A DNA stretch of 24,000 bases from Entomomonas asaccharolytica (GCF_016653615.1 NZ_CP067393.1:921673-945672), one strand, 5' to 3'. Shown: positions 1-8,328, counted from the stretch's first letter. Program-made: numbers and translations. Notes: generated by a model not told the origin, from the letters alone.

Positions 1-41
1 TCTGATTCTTTATTAGTAGCTAAAAAAGGTAAAATAAAATT

Positions 42-992
42 ATGTCAGACTTTCAAACAGCCTTTGTGCGTGGTTTACGCTATGAGGCTAAAAATATTAT
101 TAGTATCGAGTTAGCACCTACACAAGGTACACAGTTTCAATCATTTCAAGCTGGATCTCATATTGATTTACATTTACCTAATGGTTTGGTTAGAAGCTAT
201 TCATTATTGAACTCACCAGATGACGAAGATTGTTATGTATTAGGTGTTTTATTAGATGGTAATAGTAAAGGTGGTTCTGCTTATATTCATAAGGAACTTA
301 GAATAGGGCAAGAGCTACAGATTTCTAAACCGCGTAATAATTTTAACTTAGATGAGGCTGCTAATCACAGTGTATTAGTGGCTGGTGGTATTGGTATTAC
401 ACCTATTTATTGTATGTTGGTGCGTTTATTAACATTAGGTAATTCAGTAGAGTTAATTTACTGTGCACGTAGTCGACAAGAAGCCGCTTATCTAAATGAG
501 TTAGAAAAATTAAATGTAAAAATTACATGGCATTTTGATGACGAAAAAGCTGGCATACCAAACCTTGAACAGTATTTAGCAGGGCATGATAAAGAAGTAC
601 ATTTCTACTGTTGCGGCCCTGTGGCGATGTTAGAAGCTTTTGAAGCAGCCTGCCAAAAATTAGGTTATGATAATAGTCATGTAGAGTATTTTGCGGCGAA
701 AGAAATAATAGAGCCAGAGCAGGGCCATGCTTATGTCGTAGAGTTAGCTAAGTCTGGGATGATTTTAGATGTGCCAGCAGATGGTTCACTTTTAGAAGTT
801 TTAGAAACGGCTGGCGTGTTATTAAATACTGCATGTCGTCAGGGTATTTGCGGTGCCTGTGAAACTAAAGTGTTAGAAGGTGTGCCTGAGCATCGTGATA
901 ATGTACTAAGCCCCCGTCAGAAGGCAGCTAATGATGTAATGATGGTCTGTGTTTCTGGTTGTAAGGGTGATAAGTTAATACTCGATTTATAA
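42..992 (+). CDS. PDR/VanB-family oxidoreductase (flavin-binding, NAD-binding and C-terminal plant-type 2Fe-2S domains); likely the reductase partner of an oxygenase or demethylase
   Basis: 316-aa ORF with an ATG start. RSYS flavin-binding motif, GGIGITP NAD-binding motif and a C-terminal CxxxxCxxC cluster (CRQGICGACETKV), the layout of phthalate dioxygenase reductase/VanB. A hairpin terminator follows. Confidence 0.8.
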   Translation: MSDFQTAFVRGLRYEAKNIISIELAPTQGTQFQSFQAGSHIDLHLPNGLVRSYSLLNSPDDEDCYVLGVLLDGNSKGGSAYIHKELRIGQELQISKPRNNFNLDEAANHSVLVAGGIGITPIYCMLVRLLTLGNSVELIYCARSRQEAAYLNELEKLNVKITWHFDDEKAGIPNLEQYLAGHDKEVHFYCCGPVAMLEAFEAACQKLGYDNSHVEYFAAKEIIEPEQGHAYVVELAKSGMILDVPADGSLLEVLETAGVLLNTACRQGICGACETKVLEGVPEHRDNVLSPRQKAANDVMMVCVSGCKGDKLILDL

Positions 993-1006
993 GTACTACT
1001 TCAAAT

Positions 1007-1034
1007 AAAAAAGCGACCTTAGAGTCGCTTTTTT
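1007..1034. terminator. Bidirectional intrinsic terminator between convergent genes
   Basis: A-run 1007-1012, GCGAC stem 1013-1017, 6-nt loop, GTCGC 1024-1028, T-run 1029-1034. It lies between the stop at 992 (+) and the stop at 1053 (-). Confidence 0.7.
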
Positions 1035-1052
1035 ATGGGTTTACATAAACTA

Positions 1053-1982
1053 TTATTCTGCTGTTTCTTCTGCTTCATCATTGGTGGAAGGAACTTCAGT
1101 TATATTTAAGTTACTGGCATCAATTACCACATTATTAGGATCGATATTGTCACCATAGAAAGGTTTAACGGTTTTATCGTAAGCTTTGTGGAAGAACTCT
1201 TCATTTTGCAACTTACCAATTTCTTCATTGATCCAGTTTAATAACTCTACATTATCTTTTTTAACTGCTGGTGCAATCACATCATCTTCACCTACCTTAT
1301 GTAAGGCAACTTCAAAATCAGGATTATTTTTAGTCCATGCATAGAGTAATGTATTATCGTGAGCTAGACCGACACCACGACCATCCTTAAGTGCAGCAAA
1401 AGCTTCTGAGTTATGGTCATATTTTTGCAATTTAATATTAGGGTAATGTTTAGCAAAATAAGTTTCTGCGGTAGTGCCTTTATTCACAATCAGCACTTTA
1501 CCTTCTAATTGCTCAACATCTGTAATAGCGCCAGTTTTAGGAGAAACAACACCTATCGCTGTTTTCATATAAGGTTTAGCAAAATCTACTTGCTTAGCAC
1601 GCTCAGGTGTAACCGTAAAATTAGCTAGGGTAACATCTACTTTATTAGAGGTAAGTACATTAATGCGGTTTTGTGCTTCAGTAAGCACAAATTTCACTTT
1701 ATTTTCGTCACCTAATAAATCTTTGGCAAGGCGTTTAGCTAGCTCAATATCATAACCTTGGCTATTACCTTGTTTATCAACATAACCAAAAGGTGGTTTA
1801 TCGCTAAATACTGCTACACGTAACTCGCCACGATCTTTAATAGCTTGTAAACTTGAGGCAGAAGGAGGTTGTACTTTATCAGTTTCAACAGTAGGTTTAT
1901 CATTATCACCACAAGCAGTCAAAGCAAAACAAAAAATACTGCTGAGGAGTAAGCCTGTTGTTTTTTTAGTTAATAGTTTCAT
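1053..1982 (-). CDS. Polar amino-acid ABC transporter substrate-binding lipoprotein, CjaA-like (probable cysteine/cystine binding)
   Basis: 309 aa. Signal peptide with lipobox LTAC. The stretch RVAVFSDKPPFGYVDKQGNSQGYDIELAKRLAKDLLGDENKVKFVL...ANFTVTPERAKQVDF closely resembles Campylobacter CjaA (Cj0982) as I recall it. Strong AAGGAG RBS upstream of the ATG. Confidence 0.85.
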   Translation of the reverse strand: MKLLTKKTTGLLLSSIFCFALTACGDNDKPTVETDKVQPPSASSLQAIKDRGELRVAVFSDKPPFGYVDKQGNSQGYDIELAKRLAKDLLGDENKVKFVLTEAQNRINVLTSNKVDVTLANFTVTPERAKQVDFAKPYMKTAIGVVSPKTGAITDVEQLEGKVLIVNKGTTAETYFAKHYPNIKLQKYDHNSEAFAALKDGRGVGLAHDNTLLYAWTKNNPDFEVALHKVGEDDVIAPAVKKDNVELLNWINEEIGKLQNEEFFHKAYDKTVKPFYGDNIDPNNVVIDASNLNITEVPSTNDEAEETAE

Positions 1983-1991
1983 TAGTGCTCC

Positions 1992-2738
1992 TTAAAAATC
2001 AAATACAGTCAAAAATTGTTTAGCACGTTCTGTTTGAGGATCTATAAAGAAGGCTTCAGGTTCTGCCATTTCTACAATTTTACCTTGATCCATAAAAACA
2101 ATTCTATTAGCCACACGTCTAGCAAAGCCTAGCTCATGAGTAACTAGAATCATGGTCATCCCTTGTTTGGCTAAATCTTGAATAACTTCTAATACCTCTC
2201 TAACCATTTCTGGATCAAGAGAGGCAGTTACTTCATCAAAAAGCATAATTTCAGGGTTCATGCAAAGCGCACGAACGATAGCAATACGTTGTTTTTGGCC
2301 TCCAGATAATTGTCTAGGATACGCTGTTTTACGATCAATTAAACCTACCCGAGTCAGTAAATCATCAGCTTGTTGAATTGCTTCTGCTTTGGCACGTTTT
2401 TGTACTTTTAATGGTCCTAATAAAATATTATCAATCACATTCATATTAGGAAATAAATCATAGCTTTGAAAAACCATGCCTACTTTTTGCCTTACTTGAA
2501 TCCATGAGGTAGTAGGGGTGTTCAGTTCAATATCATCTAATTTAATAGAACCTTGTTGAATGTTCTCTAAGCCATTTAAACAACGTAATAGAGTGGACTT
2601 ACCACAGCCTGAAGGGCCTAGTATGGCTACTACTTCACCTTTCTGTACAGAGAGGTCAATACCTTTAAGCACTTCACGTTCACCAAAACGTTTATGGAGA
2701 TCGGTTATTGCTAATAGTGTTTCAATGTTGTCAATCAT
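1992..2738 (-). CDS. Polar amino-acid ABC transporter ATP-binding protein
   Basis: 248 aa. Walker A GPSGCGKST, ABC signature LSGGQKQR, Walker B MLFDE, H-loop THE. GlnQ/TcyN-like. Confidence 0.9.
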   Translation of the reverse strand: MIDNIETLLAITDLHKRFGEREVLKGIDLSVQKGEVVAILGPSGCGKSTLLRCLNGLENIQQGSIKLDDIELNTPTTSWIQVRQKVGMVFQSYDLFPNMNVIDNILLGPLKVQKRAKAEAIQQADDLLTRVGLIDRKTAYPRQLSGGQKQRIAIVRALCMNPEIMLFDEVTASLDPEMVREVLEVIQDLAKQGMTMILVTHELGFARRVANRIVFMDQGKIVEMAEPEAFFIDPQTERAKQFLTVFDF

Positions 2739-2756
2739 ATAATAAGTCTGACCTTA

Positions 2757-3434
2757 TCAACCTTTTCTTTTGGTTAAACGTTGTGAAAGTTTAGATAATG
2801 GATAGCAGATAGCAAAGAATACTAATAAGATAAACCCATAAATCCAAAAGGGTGCCATATCGTTACCTATCATTGTGGCATATTCGATAATCTCTTTGCC
2901 CACTTTAGTAATGTCTTGCACGCTGATTAAAACCAGTAAAGAGGTAGTCATAATAATTCTAGCTGCTAAATTAATAGCTGGCGGTACGGCAAGTTTTAAA
3001 GCTTGGGGCAATAGTACATAGCAGAATAATTGAGTTTTATTTAAACCAATTGCTAAAGCCGATTCTGTTTGATGTTTAGGTAAAGAAATAATAGCACTAC
3101 GAATAATATCACTCATCTCAGCTGCACCCCAAAAGGTGAAAGCAAGTATACCAACTAAACGACCGTCAATATTTAAATTAAATATACTAGGTAAGGTATA
3201 GTAAAGAATATAAAGTAATACTAGTGTAGGTAAAACTCTTACGACTTCTAAATAAACTCGGAAGATAATACGCACTACCAGTTTGTTAGAAGTACGAATA
3301 ATTCCAAACAGTGTACCTAATAAAGTGCTAAGTATAATAGCGGCAAAAGAAACTTCTAAAGTGAAATAAAGCCCTTCTAAAAGGCGTTTAATAGTAATCC
3401 AATCAAAGAGGATATTAATTCCCAAATTCTGCAT
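2757..3434 (-). CDS. Amino-acid ABC transporter permease (second membrane subunit)
   Basis: Multi-TM ORF of the HisM/GlnP type. The track start at 3452 is a TTG. The ATG at 3434 (MQNLGINILF) has an AGAGGA RBS about 6 nt upstream, so I prefer it. It overlaps the upstream permease gene by 20 nt. Confidence 0.85.
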   Translation of the reverse strand: MQNLGINILFDWITIKRLLEGLYFTLEVSFAAIILSTLLGTLFGIIRTSNKLVVRIIFRVYLEVVRVLPTLVLLYILYYTLPSIFNLNIDGRLVGILAFTFWGAAEMSDIIRSAIISLPKHQTESALAIGLNKTQLFCYVLLPQALKLAVPPAINLAARIIMTTSLLVLISVQDITKVGKEIIEYATMIGNDMAPFWIYGFILLVFFAICYPLSKLSQRLTKRKG

Positions 3435-4080
3435 GGCGCATCCTCTTTTCAATATAAGACAGTAACAAAATAAAAGGTAATATTACAATTAGATAAGCAA
3501 CCACTAGTAGCAGTAAGTTTTCATTACTATGGCCGTCATTACTGATAAAATTAATAGCGATGGTGGTAATATCAGTGCCTGCGATCGCAGTAAATACAGA
3601 GGTTTCTTTAAATAAAAAAATACAGTTAGCACCTAATGCAGGTACACAATAGGAAATAGCTTGCGGTAATACGATATAACGAATCATTTGTAAGCGATTT
3701 AAGCCAATTGCTTGCCCTGACTCAAATTGTGATTTAGCCACAGCCTCAATACCACTACGAAAGGCTTCTGCCATATAGGCGCCGCCTAACAGTGATAAAC
3801 CAATAAGTGCGGTTACCTCAAAACTTAGTGTAATCTTAAAGGCTCTTGGTAAACCAAAATAGATAAAAAATAAATGGAGCAGTAGTGGTGTGTTTCTGAA
3901 AAAAGCTACATAGCCTTTAGCAATAGCAGAGACAACGGTTATTCTATAAAAAATAACAATGCTACACACAGCACCTATAATAATCGCAGCCAAAATCCCT
4001 ACTGCTGATATCTTAACTGTGAGCCACAGAGCATGTTCAAAGGTAGGTAAAACTTGATGAATATATGACCAGTTAAACAC
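3415..4080 (-). CDS. Amino-acid ABC transporter permease (first membrane subunit)
   Basis: 221 aa, multi-TM, HisQ/GlnP-like. GTG start preceded by an AAGAGGA RBS. First gene of the permease-permease-ATPase-SBP operon. Confidence 0.85.
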   Translation of the reverse strand: MFNWSYIHQVLPTFEHALWLTVKISAVGILAAIIIGAVCSIVIFYRITVVSAIAKGYVAFFRNTPLLLHLFFIYFGLPRAFKITLSFEVTALIGLSLLGGAYMAEAFRSGIEAVAKSQFESGQAIGLNRLQMIRYIVLPQAISYCVPALGANCIFLFKETSVFTAIAGTDITTIAINFISNDGHSNENLLLLVVAYLIVILPFILLLSYIEKRMRHAEFGN

Positions 4081-4238
4081 ACTATCCTCTTGGATTAATT
4101 TAAATTCACAAACATAAATTAAAGCGTTGTTAGCTTAAACAGTCAAACAACTTTTACGAATATTGATATAACTTTATGGAGTAATTGAATAATTCAATAC
4201 AGTTATTTTCATTGCTCTTCTGCAAACGGTGCAATAAT

Positions 4239-5846
4239 TTATTGTATCATTTCCCACGTTAATCCAAATTTTTGTAGATATTTACGTAAACGATCTGAGT
4301 CATTGATGGTGGCTCTTTGCTGGCGTGACTGATAAAATAGTTTACGACCCGCCTCTGACATATTACGGCTTTTTCTACATATTTCTATAACACTTGGTAG
4401 TTGTAATTGATCGAATAAATCTAGTGTATCCCAAGTTTCTTGGCCTAGTAGTTGGATACAAAACTGTTGTTGTATTTGAGATTGTTGTTCAACAGGCGTA
4501 GTTTTTTTCCACATCCATTCAAGACGTTGAATCTCAGCCTCTACTATATCACTAGTAATTCTTCCACTAGAGGCAAGGGTAGCCATGCGTGTTACAGCAG
4601 CTGTTAAATCTCTAAAATTGCCACACCATAATGCTTGAGGGGATTGAGCGAACTCTAAAAATTTTGCTTTGGCTTCTCGATTAAAGTGTACTGCTTCGCC
4701 TTGCTCATAAGCGACAAGTTCAAGTAAATAATCAATATTGGGTTCAATATCTTCATTACGCTCACATAAACTTGGTAACTCATAAGTCCAGAGGTTAATT
4801 CGTGCAAATAAATCTTCTCTAAAATTACCTGCAATTACCTCATCTCTTAAGTCACGGTTGGTGCCTGCAATTAATTGAAAGTCACTACTGACTTCACTAT
4901 CACTTCCTAAGGGGAGAAAATGCTTTTCTTCAATTGCTTTAAGTAACATGGCTTGTTCATCTGCACCTAGCTCACCAATCTCATCTAAAAAAAGCACACC
5001 ATTGTTAGCCGCTCGTAATAGCCCCATACGATCAGCAACTGCACCTGTAAATGATCCTTTTTTATGACCAAACAATGTAGAGGTTGCTCCATCTCCACGG
5101 AGAGTAGCGCAGTTAACTTCAACAAAAGCACCTTTAATTTGATGGCGTGCTTTTTTCAGTTCATAAATACGTTTAGCTAAAAATGATTTACCTGCACCTG
5201 TTGGACCTACTAATAGTACAGGAGCTTTAGAGCGAATAGCGATATGTTCAATTTCTGCAATGACTTTATTAAATTTTGCATTACGAGTGGCAATACCATG
5301 CTTTAAGAAATTTAAACTGTCATGTGTATCGACATCAAAACGCTGTGCTAATTTATCGTAACGTGACAAGTCAAGATCAATTAATTCTATTTTGCCTGTG
5401 GGATCTTTGCTCGCTAAACCATTAGGTGAGCTCTGTAGTAATATTCCTGGTATGTAGCGAGCTTCTACTAATAAAAACATGCATATTTGAGCTACATGGG
5501 TGCCAGTGGTGATATGTATCCAGTAATCTTCTTGTTCTGGATTAAATGTGTATTGTTTCGCCCAATCAAATACACTGGCATAGACTTCTTCAAAATCCCA
5601 AGGATTTGTTAATTCCATTGGAATAAGATTAACTTGTGTTGTGGGAGATAGAGATTGTATATCTAAGCTAATGCGTTTAGCCATATCAGTAAAGCGTTCT
5701 GCATAGAATAACTCAAGCCGATCAATACTAGTTTTTTCATTTTGTACTAAAGAAACTGTAGGACGCCATCTGTTCCAACGCTTCATACCAAAACCTGCAT
5801 CTAGTTTTGTACCTAAAAATCCTATAACTACTTTTTTCTTTTCCAT
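4239..5846 (-). CDS. rtcR: Sigma-54-dependent transcriptional activator RtcR (N-terminal CARF/RtcR domain, AAA+ core, C-terminal HTH)
   Basis: 535 aa. The N-terminus (VVIGFLGTKLD...RWNRWRPTVSLVQ...DRLELFY...NPWDFEEVYA...HITTGTHVAQIC) matches E. coli RtcR as I recall it. Walker A GPTGAGKS and sigma-54 contact loop GSFTGA. Divergent from rsr. Confidence 0.9.
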   Translation of the reverse strand: MEKKKVVIGFLGTKLDAGFGMKRWNRWRPTVSLVQNEKTSIDRLELFYAERFTDMAKRISLDIQSLSPTTQVNLIPMELTNPWDFEEVYASVFDWAKQYTFNPEQEDYWIHITTGTHVAQICMFLLVEARYIPGILLQSSPNGLASKDPTGKIELIDLDLSRYDKLAQRFDVDTHDSLNFLKHGIATRNAKFNKVIAEIEHIAIRSKAPVLLVGPTGAGKSFLAKRIYELKKARHQIKGAFVEVNCATLRGDGATSTLFGHKKGSFTGAVADRMGLLRAANNGVLFLDEIGELGADEQAMLLKAIEEKHFLPLGSDSEVSSDFQLIAGTNRDLRDEVIAGNFREDLFARINLWTYELPSLCERNEDIEPNIDYLLELVAYEQGEAVHFNREAKAKFLEFAQSPQALWCGNFRDLTAAVTRMATLASSGRITSDIVEAEIQRLEWMWKKTTPVEQQSQIQQQFCIQLLGQETWDTLDLFDQLQLPSVIEICRKSRNMSEAGRKLFYQSRQQRATINDSDRLRKYLQKFGLTWEMIQ

Positions 5847-6015
5847 CTGATTACCAACTAAGCATAATTTTTATCTGAAATTATACATATTTATAATTTT
5901 TTATATATGGAATTTTGTTTTATTAACAAGCTGTAGAGAAAAATGTAATTAATTTAGTTAAATAATTATTTAAAAATCAAATAGATAATGATTATGTAGA
6001 TTTTTTATAAAAAGT

Positions 6016-6031
6016 TGGCATAAGACTTGTA
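6016..6031 (+). promoter_or_regulatory. Candidate sigma-54 (-24/-12) promoter for rsr
   Basis: TGGCAT-AAGAC-TTGTA has the exact -24 GG / -12 TG spacing of the TGGCAC-N5-TTGCW consensus. The -12 element is TTGT rather than TTGC. It sits about 58 nt upstream of the rsr ATG in an AT-rich intergenic region opposite rtcR. Confidence 0.5.
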
Positions 6032-6088
6032 ATTAACTAATAGCAAATACAGAGAAAACTCTAACAAGTTGAATGAAGGAACAGAGAA

Positions 6089-7681
6089 ATGGTCAACTTA
6101 GATATATTTAAAACATTACCAGGGAAGAATATTCCTAATACCAATACAATTAATGAGGCAGGTGGAGGCGCATATGGGTTTACTCCTAAGCATAAATTAG
6201 CACAGCTTGCTGCCACAGGTTGTATTAACCAAACCTTTTATGCAAGTGCTGAAACAAAATTAGCAGATATTTTACAACTAACACAGGATTTAGATGCAAC
6301 GTTTATTGCTAAAACAGCGATTTATGCTCGTGAAGATGGTTATATGAAAGATATGCCAGCATTGCTAGCGGCTGTATTGGCACAAAAAGATGTGGCAGTG
6401 TTAAATCAATGTTTTGGTCGCATTATTAATAACGGAAAAATGCTACGTAACTTTGTACAAATTATACGTAGTGGTATTGCTGGACGTAAATCTTTAGGTA
6501 ATCGTCCTAAGAAGTTAGTACAAAACTGGTTGCTTAATACGTCTGAAAAACAATTGTTGAATGCCTCTATAGGTAATAACCCAACATTGGCTGATGTGGT
6601 TAAAATGGTTCACCCTAAACCACAGGAAGAATGGCGGGCTGCATGGTTTGCATGGCTAATTGGTCGTGATTATGATAAGGCACAATTACCACCTATTACT
6701 CAGACATTTGAAAACTTTAAGCAAGCGTTACGTGATGGTGTGAAAGGTAAAGATTTACCTGAATTACCAGATGTACCTTTTCAAATGTTAACAGCATTGG
6801 ATTTAAATGCTGAGCAGTGGGCTGCTATTGCGCGTAAAGGTTCATGGCAGATGGTACGACAAAACTTGAATACATTTGCTCGTCATGGAGTATTTGATCG
6901 TGTGAAAATGGTAGATGTAATTGCAGCTAAGTTGGTTGATGCACGAAGTATTGCTAAGGCTAGTGTGATGCCTTATCAGTTAATGGCAGCTTACTCAAAT
7001 ACCACGATCACAGATGTTCCTATGAAGGTTAGAAATGCTTTACAGGATGCAATGGAAATAGCGGTAAAAAATGTGCCTAAAATAGTGGGGAATGTAGTAG
7101 TTTGTCCTGATGTTTCATTTTCAATGCATTCACCTGTAACAGGTTATCGTCGTGGCGCAACTACATCTGTACGTTGTATTGATGTGGCTGCTTTAGTGGG
7201 TGCAGCAGTATTGCGAAAAAACCCTAAGGCAAAGATAATGCCTTTTGCAGAAACGGTAAGAAAGATTGAGTTAAATCCACGTGATTCTATCATGATCAAT
7301 GCTGAAAAATTGGCTAGAATGCCAGGTGGTGGAACAAATGTAAGTGCACCCTTGCACGAACTTAACACTACTAAGGCAAAAGTTGATTTGGTGATATTGG
7401 TTTCTGATAATGAGTCATGGTTTAACAGTAACCGTTATGGTGCTACTGCTACTATGCAAGAATGGGCAAAACTTAAAGCAAGATGTCCAAATGCTAAGTT
7501 GGTTTGTATTGATATGCAACCTTATGGTAGCACACAAGCAAAAGAGGGGAGTGATGTGATGAATATTGGCGGATTCTCTGATGCTGTATTCGATACTATT
7601 GCTACCTTCGCTAAAGGTAATACGAGTGCAAATTATTGGGTTAACAAGATAGAAGCTATCTCAATAACTGCTAGTGCCTAA
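6089..7681 (+). CDS. rsr: Ro 60-kDa autoantigen orthologue Rsr (TROVE domain + vWA domain)
   Basis: 530 aa. TROVE-like N-terminal two thirds. C-terminal vWA domain with MIDAS DxSxS (PDVSFSM). AAGGA RBS. Sits next to rtcR and Y-RNA-like structures. Confidence 0.9.
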   Translation: MVNLDIFKTLPGKNIPNTNTINEAGGGAYGFTPKHKLAQLAATGCINQTFYASAETKLADILQLTQDLDATFIAKTAIYAREDGYMKDMPALLAAVLAQKDVAVLNQCFGRIINNGKMLRNFVQIIRSGIAGRKSLGNRPKKLVQNWLLNTSEKQLLNASIGNNPTLADVVKMVHPKPQEEWRAAWFAWLIGRDYDKAQLPPITQTFENFKQALRDGVKGKDLPELPDVPFQMLTALDLNAEQWAAIARKGSWQMVRQNLNTFARHGVFDRVKMVDVIAAKLVDARSIAKASVMPYQLMAAYSNTTITDVPMKVRNALQDAMEIAVKNVPKIVGNVVVCPDVSFSMHSPVTGYRRGATTSVRCIDVAALVGAAVLRKNPKAKIMPFAETVRKIELNPRDSIMINAEKLARMPGGGTNVSAPLHELNTTKAKVDLVILVSDNESWFNSNRYGATATMQEWAKLKARCPNAKLVCIDMQPYGSTQAKEGSDVMNIGGFSDAVFDTIATFAKGNTSANYWVNKIEAISITASA

Positions 7682-7774
7682 CAATGATGATCTTTAATAA
7701 GTAGTGGCTTAGAAGAAATAGTGATAATTCTATTAAGCTATAAAAAACTACAGGAGTGTGTGGGTATAAGTAGT

Positions 7775-7941
7775 AAAGATTTTAAGTAACAGATAAATGC
7801 CAGTGGAATTACATTGCTTAAAACGCCTGAGGTTGTGGGTTCGAGTCCCATCACGGTAACACGTGTAGCTCAATTGGATAGAGCACAGTATAATGTTTCA
7901 CAATTTTAGTTATCTGTTACTTAATTATTAATTGAATCTTT
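7775..7941 (+). ncRNA. yrlA: YrlA-type bacterial Y RNA with a circularly permuted tRNA-like module
   Basis: Perfect 15-bp basal stem 7782-7796 / 7910-7924, with a possible extension 7775-7781 / 7935-7941. Inside it: T-arm GTGGG-TTCGAGT-CCCAT (7835-7851), a loop-capped acceptor-like hairpin CACG-GTAACA-CGTG (7852-7865), TA, and D-arm GCTC-AATTGGATA-GAGC (7868-7884). This T-arm / closed acceptor / D-arm order is the published YrlA architecture. It lies immediately downstream of rsr. Confidence 0.75.
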
Positions 7942-7947
7942 AAGTTT

Positions 7948-8046
7948 GGGCACTGTAGCTATAAATGCTGATAAGATTACAACGTTAAACCACGTCTATA
8001 AAATATCTTATCAATCCTTGTTATATTTGCAGTGCACATGTTTTTT
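7948..8046 (+). ncRNA. Long bulged hairpin followed by a T6 run; either a second Y-like RNA or the intrinsic terminator of the rsr-Y RNA transcript
   Basis: GCACTG 7950-7955 pairs with CAGTGC 8030-8035. TGATAAGAT 7969-7977 pairs with ATCTTATCA 8004-8012. TTTTTT lies at 8041-8046. An outer pairing 7936-7945 / 8073-8082 (one mismatch) is possible. Confidence 0.4.
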
Positions 8047-8098
8047 AAATGATCTCATAATAGAGAGATTAAACCTAAAGATTTAAATAGTTTAGCAA

Positions 8099-8166
8099 CA
8101 TATGATAAATGCAGATGTGATTACACCTCCAAAATGCTCCATCACATCATTACTAGTTATTATATG
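8099..8166 (+). ncRNA. Y-RNA-like bulged stem-loop (candidate small RNA)
   Basis: 10-bp basal stem 8099-8108 / 8157-8166 (one G-U), an internal loop, an 8-bp upper stem GATGTGAT 8114-8121 / ATCACATC 8141-8148, and a 19-nt loop containing CCTCC. No ORF. Confidence 0.3.
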
Positions 8167-8176
8167 TTGTTTTAAT

Positions 8177-8328
8177 TTAAGTGTTATGTAAATGCCAATC
8201 AAAATAGATTAAGACATGCTGATCTTTGGATTCTGTAGGTTTGGGTCCTGCCAGTATTTATACTGTAACGGAATTTATAGGCGCATTATGTAGCAAATTT
8301 TCATACCTTATTATTGCAAAGCACTTAT
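8177..8328 (+). ncRNA. Second, divergent YrlA-like Y RNA paralogue with a degenerate tRNA-like module
   Basis: It has the same 5' signature as the first Y RNA (TTAAGT-N7-AAATGCCA). The basal stem 8178-8191 / 8314-8327 has 14 positions with 1 mismatch and 2 G-U. Internal order is the same: T-like arm GTAGG-TTTGGGT-CCTGC (8235-8251), capped hairpin CAGTA-TTTA-TACTG (8252-8265), TA, then a D-like segment that no longer forms a good stem. Confidence 0.45.

Noticed and set aside
2560-2742. 60-aa plus-strand ORF inside the ABC ATPase gene
   Set aside because: It lies wholly antisense to a well-supported conserved CDS, has low-complexity composition and shows no RBS. It is a shadow ORF.
7144-7368. 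74-aa minus-strand ORF inside rsr
   Set aside because: Antisense shadow of the vWA-domain coding region, with no independent support.
7835-7885. Possible genuine tRNA gene (canonical-looking T-arm and D-arm)
   Set aside because: The elements are in the wrong order for a tRNA: the T-arm precedes the D-arm and the acceptor helix is closed by a loop. There is no anticodon arm between the D- and T-arms. This fits a Y RNA tRNA-mimic module, not a tRNA.
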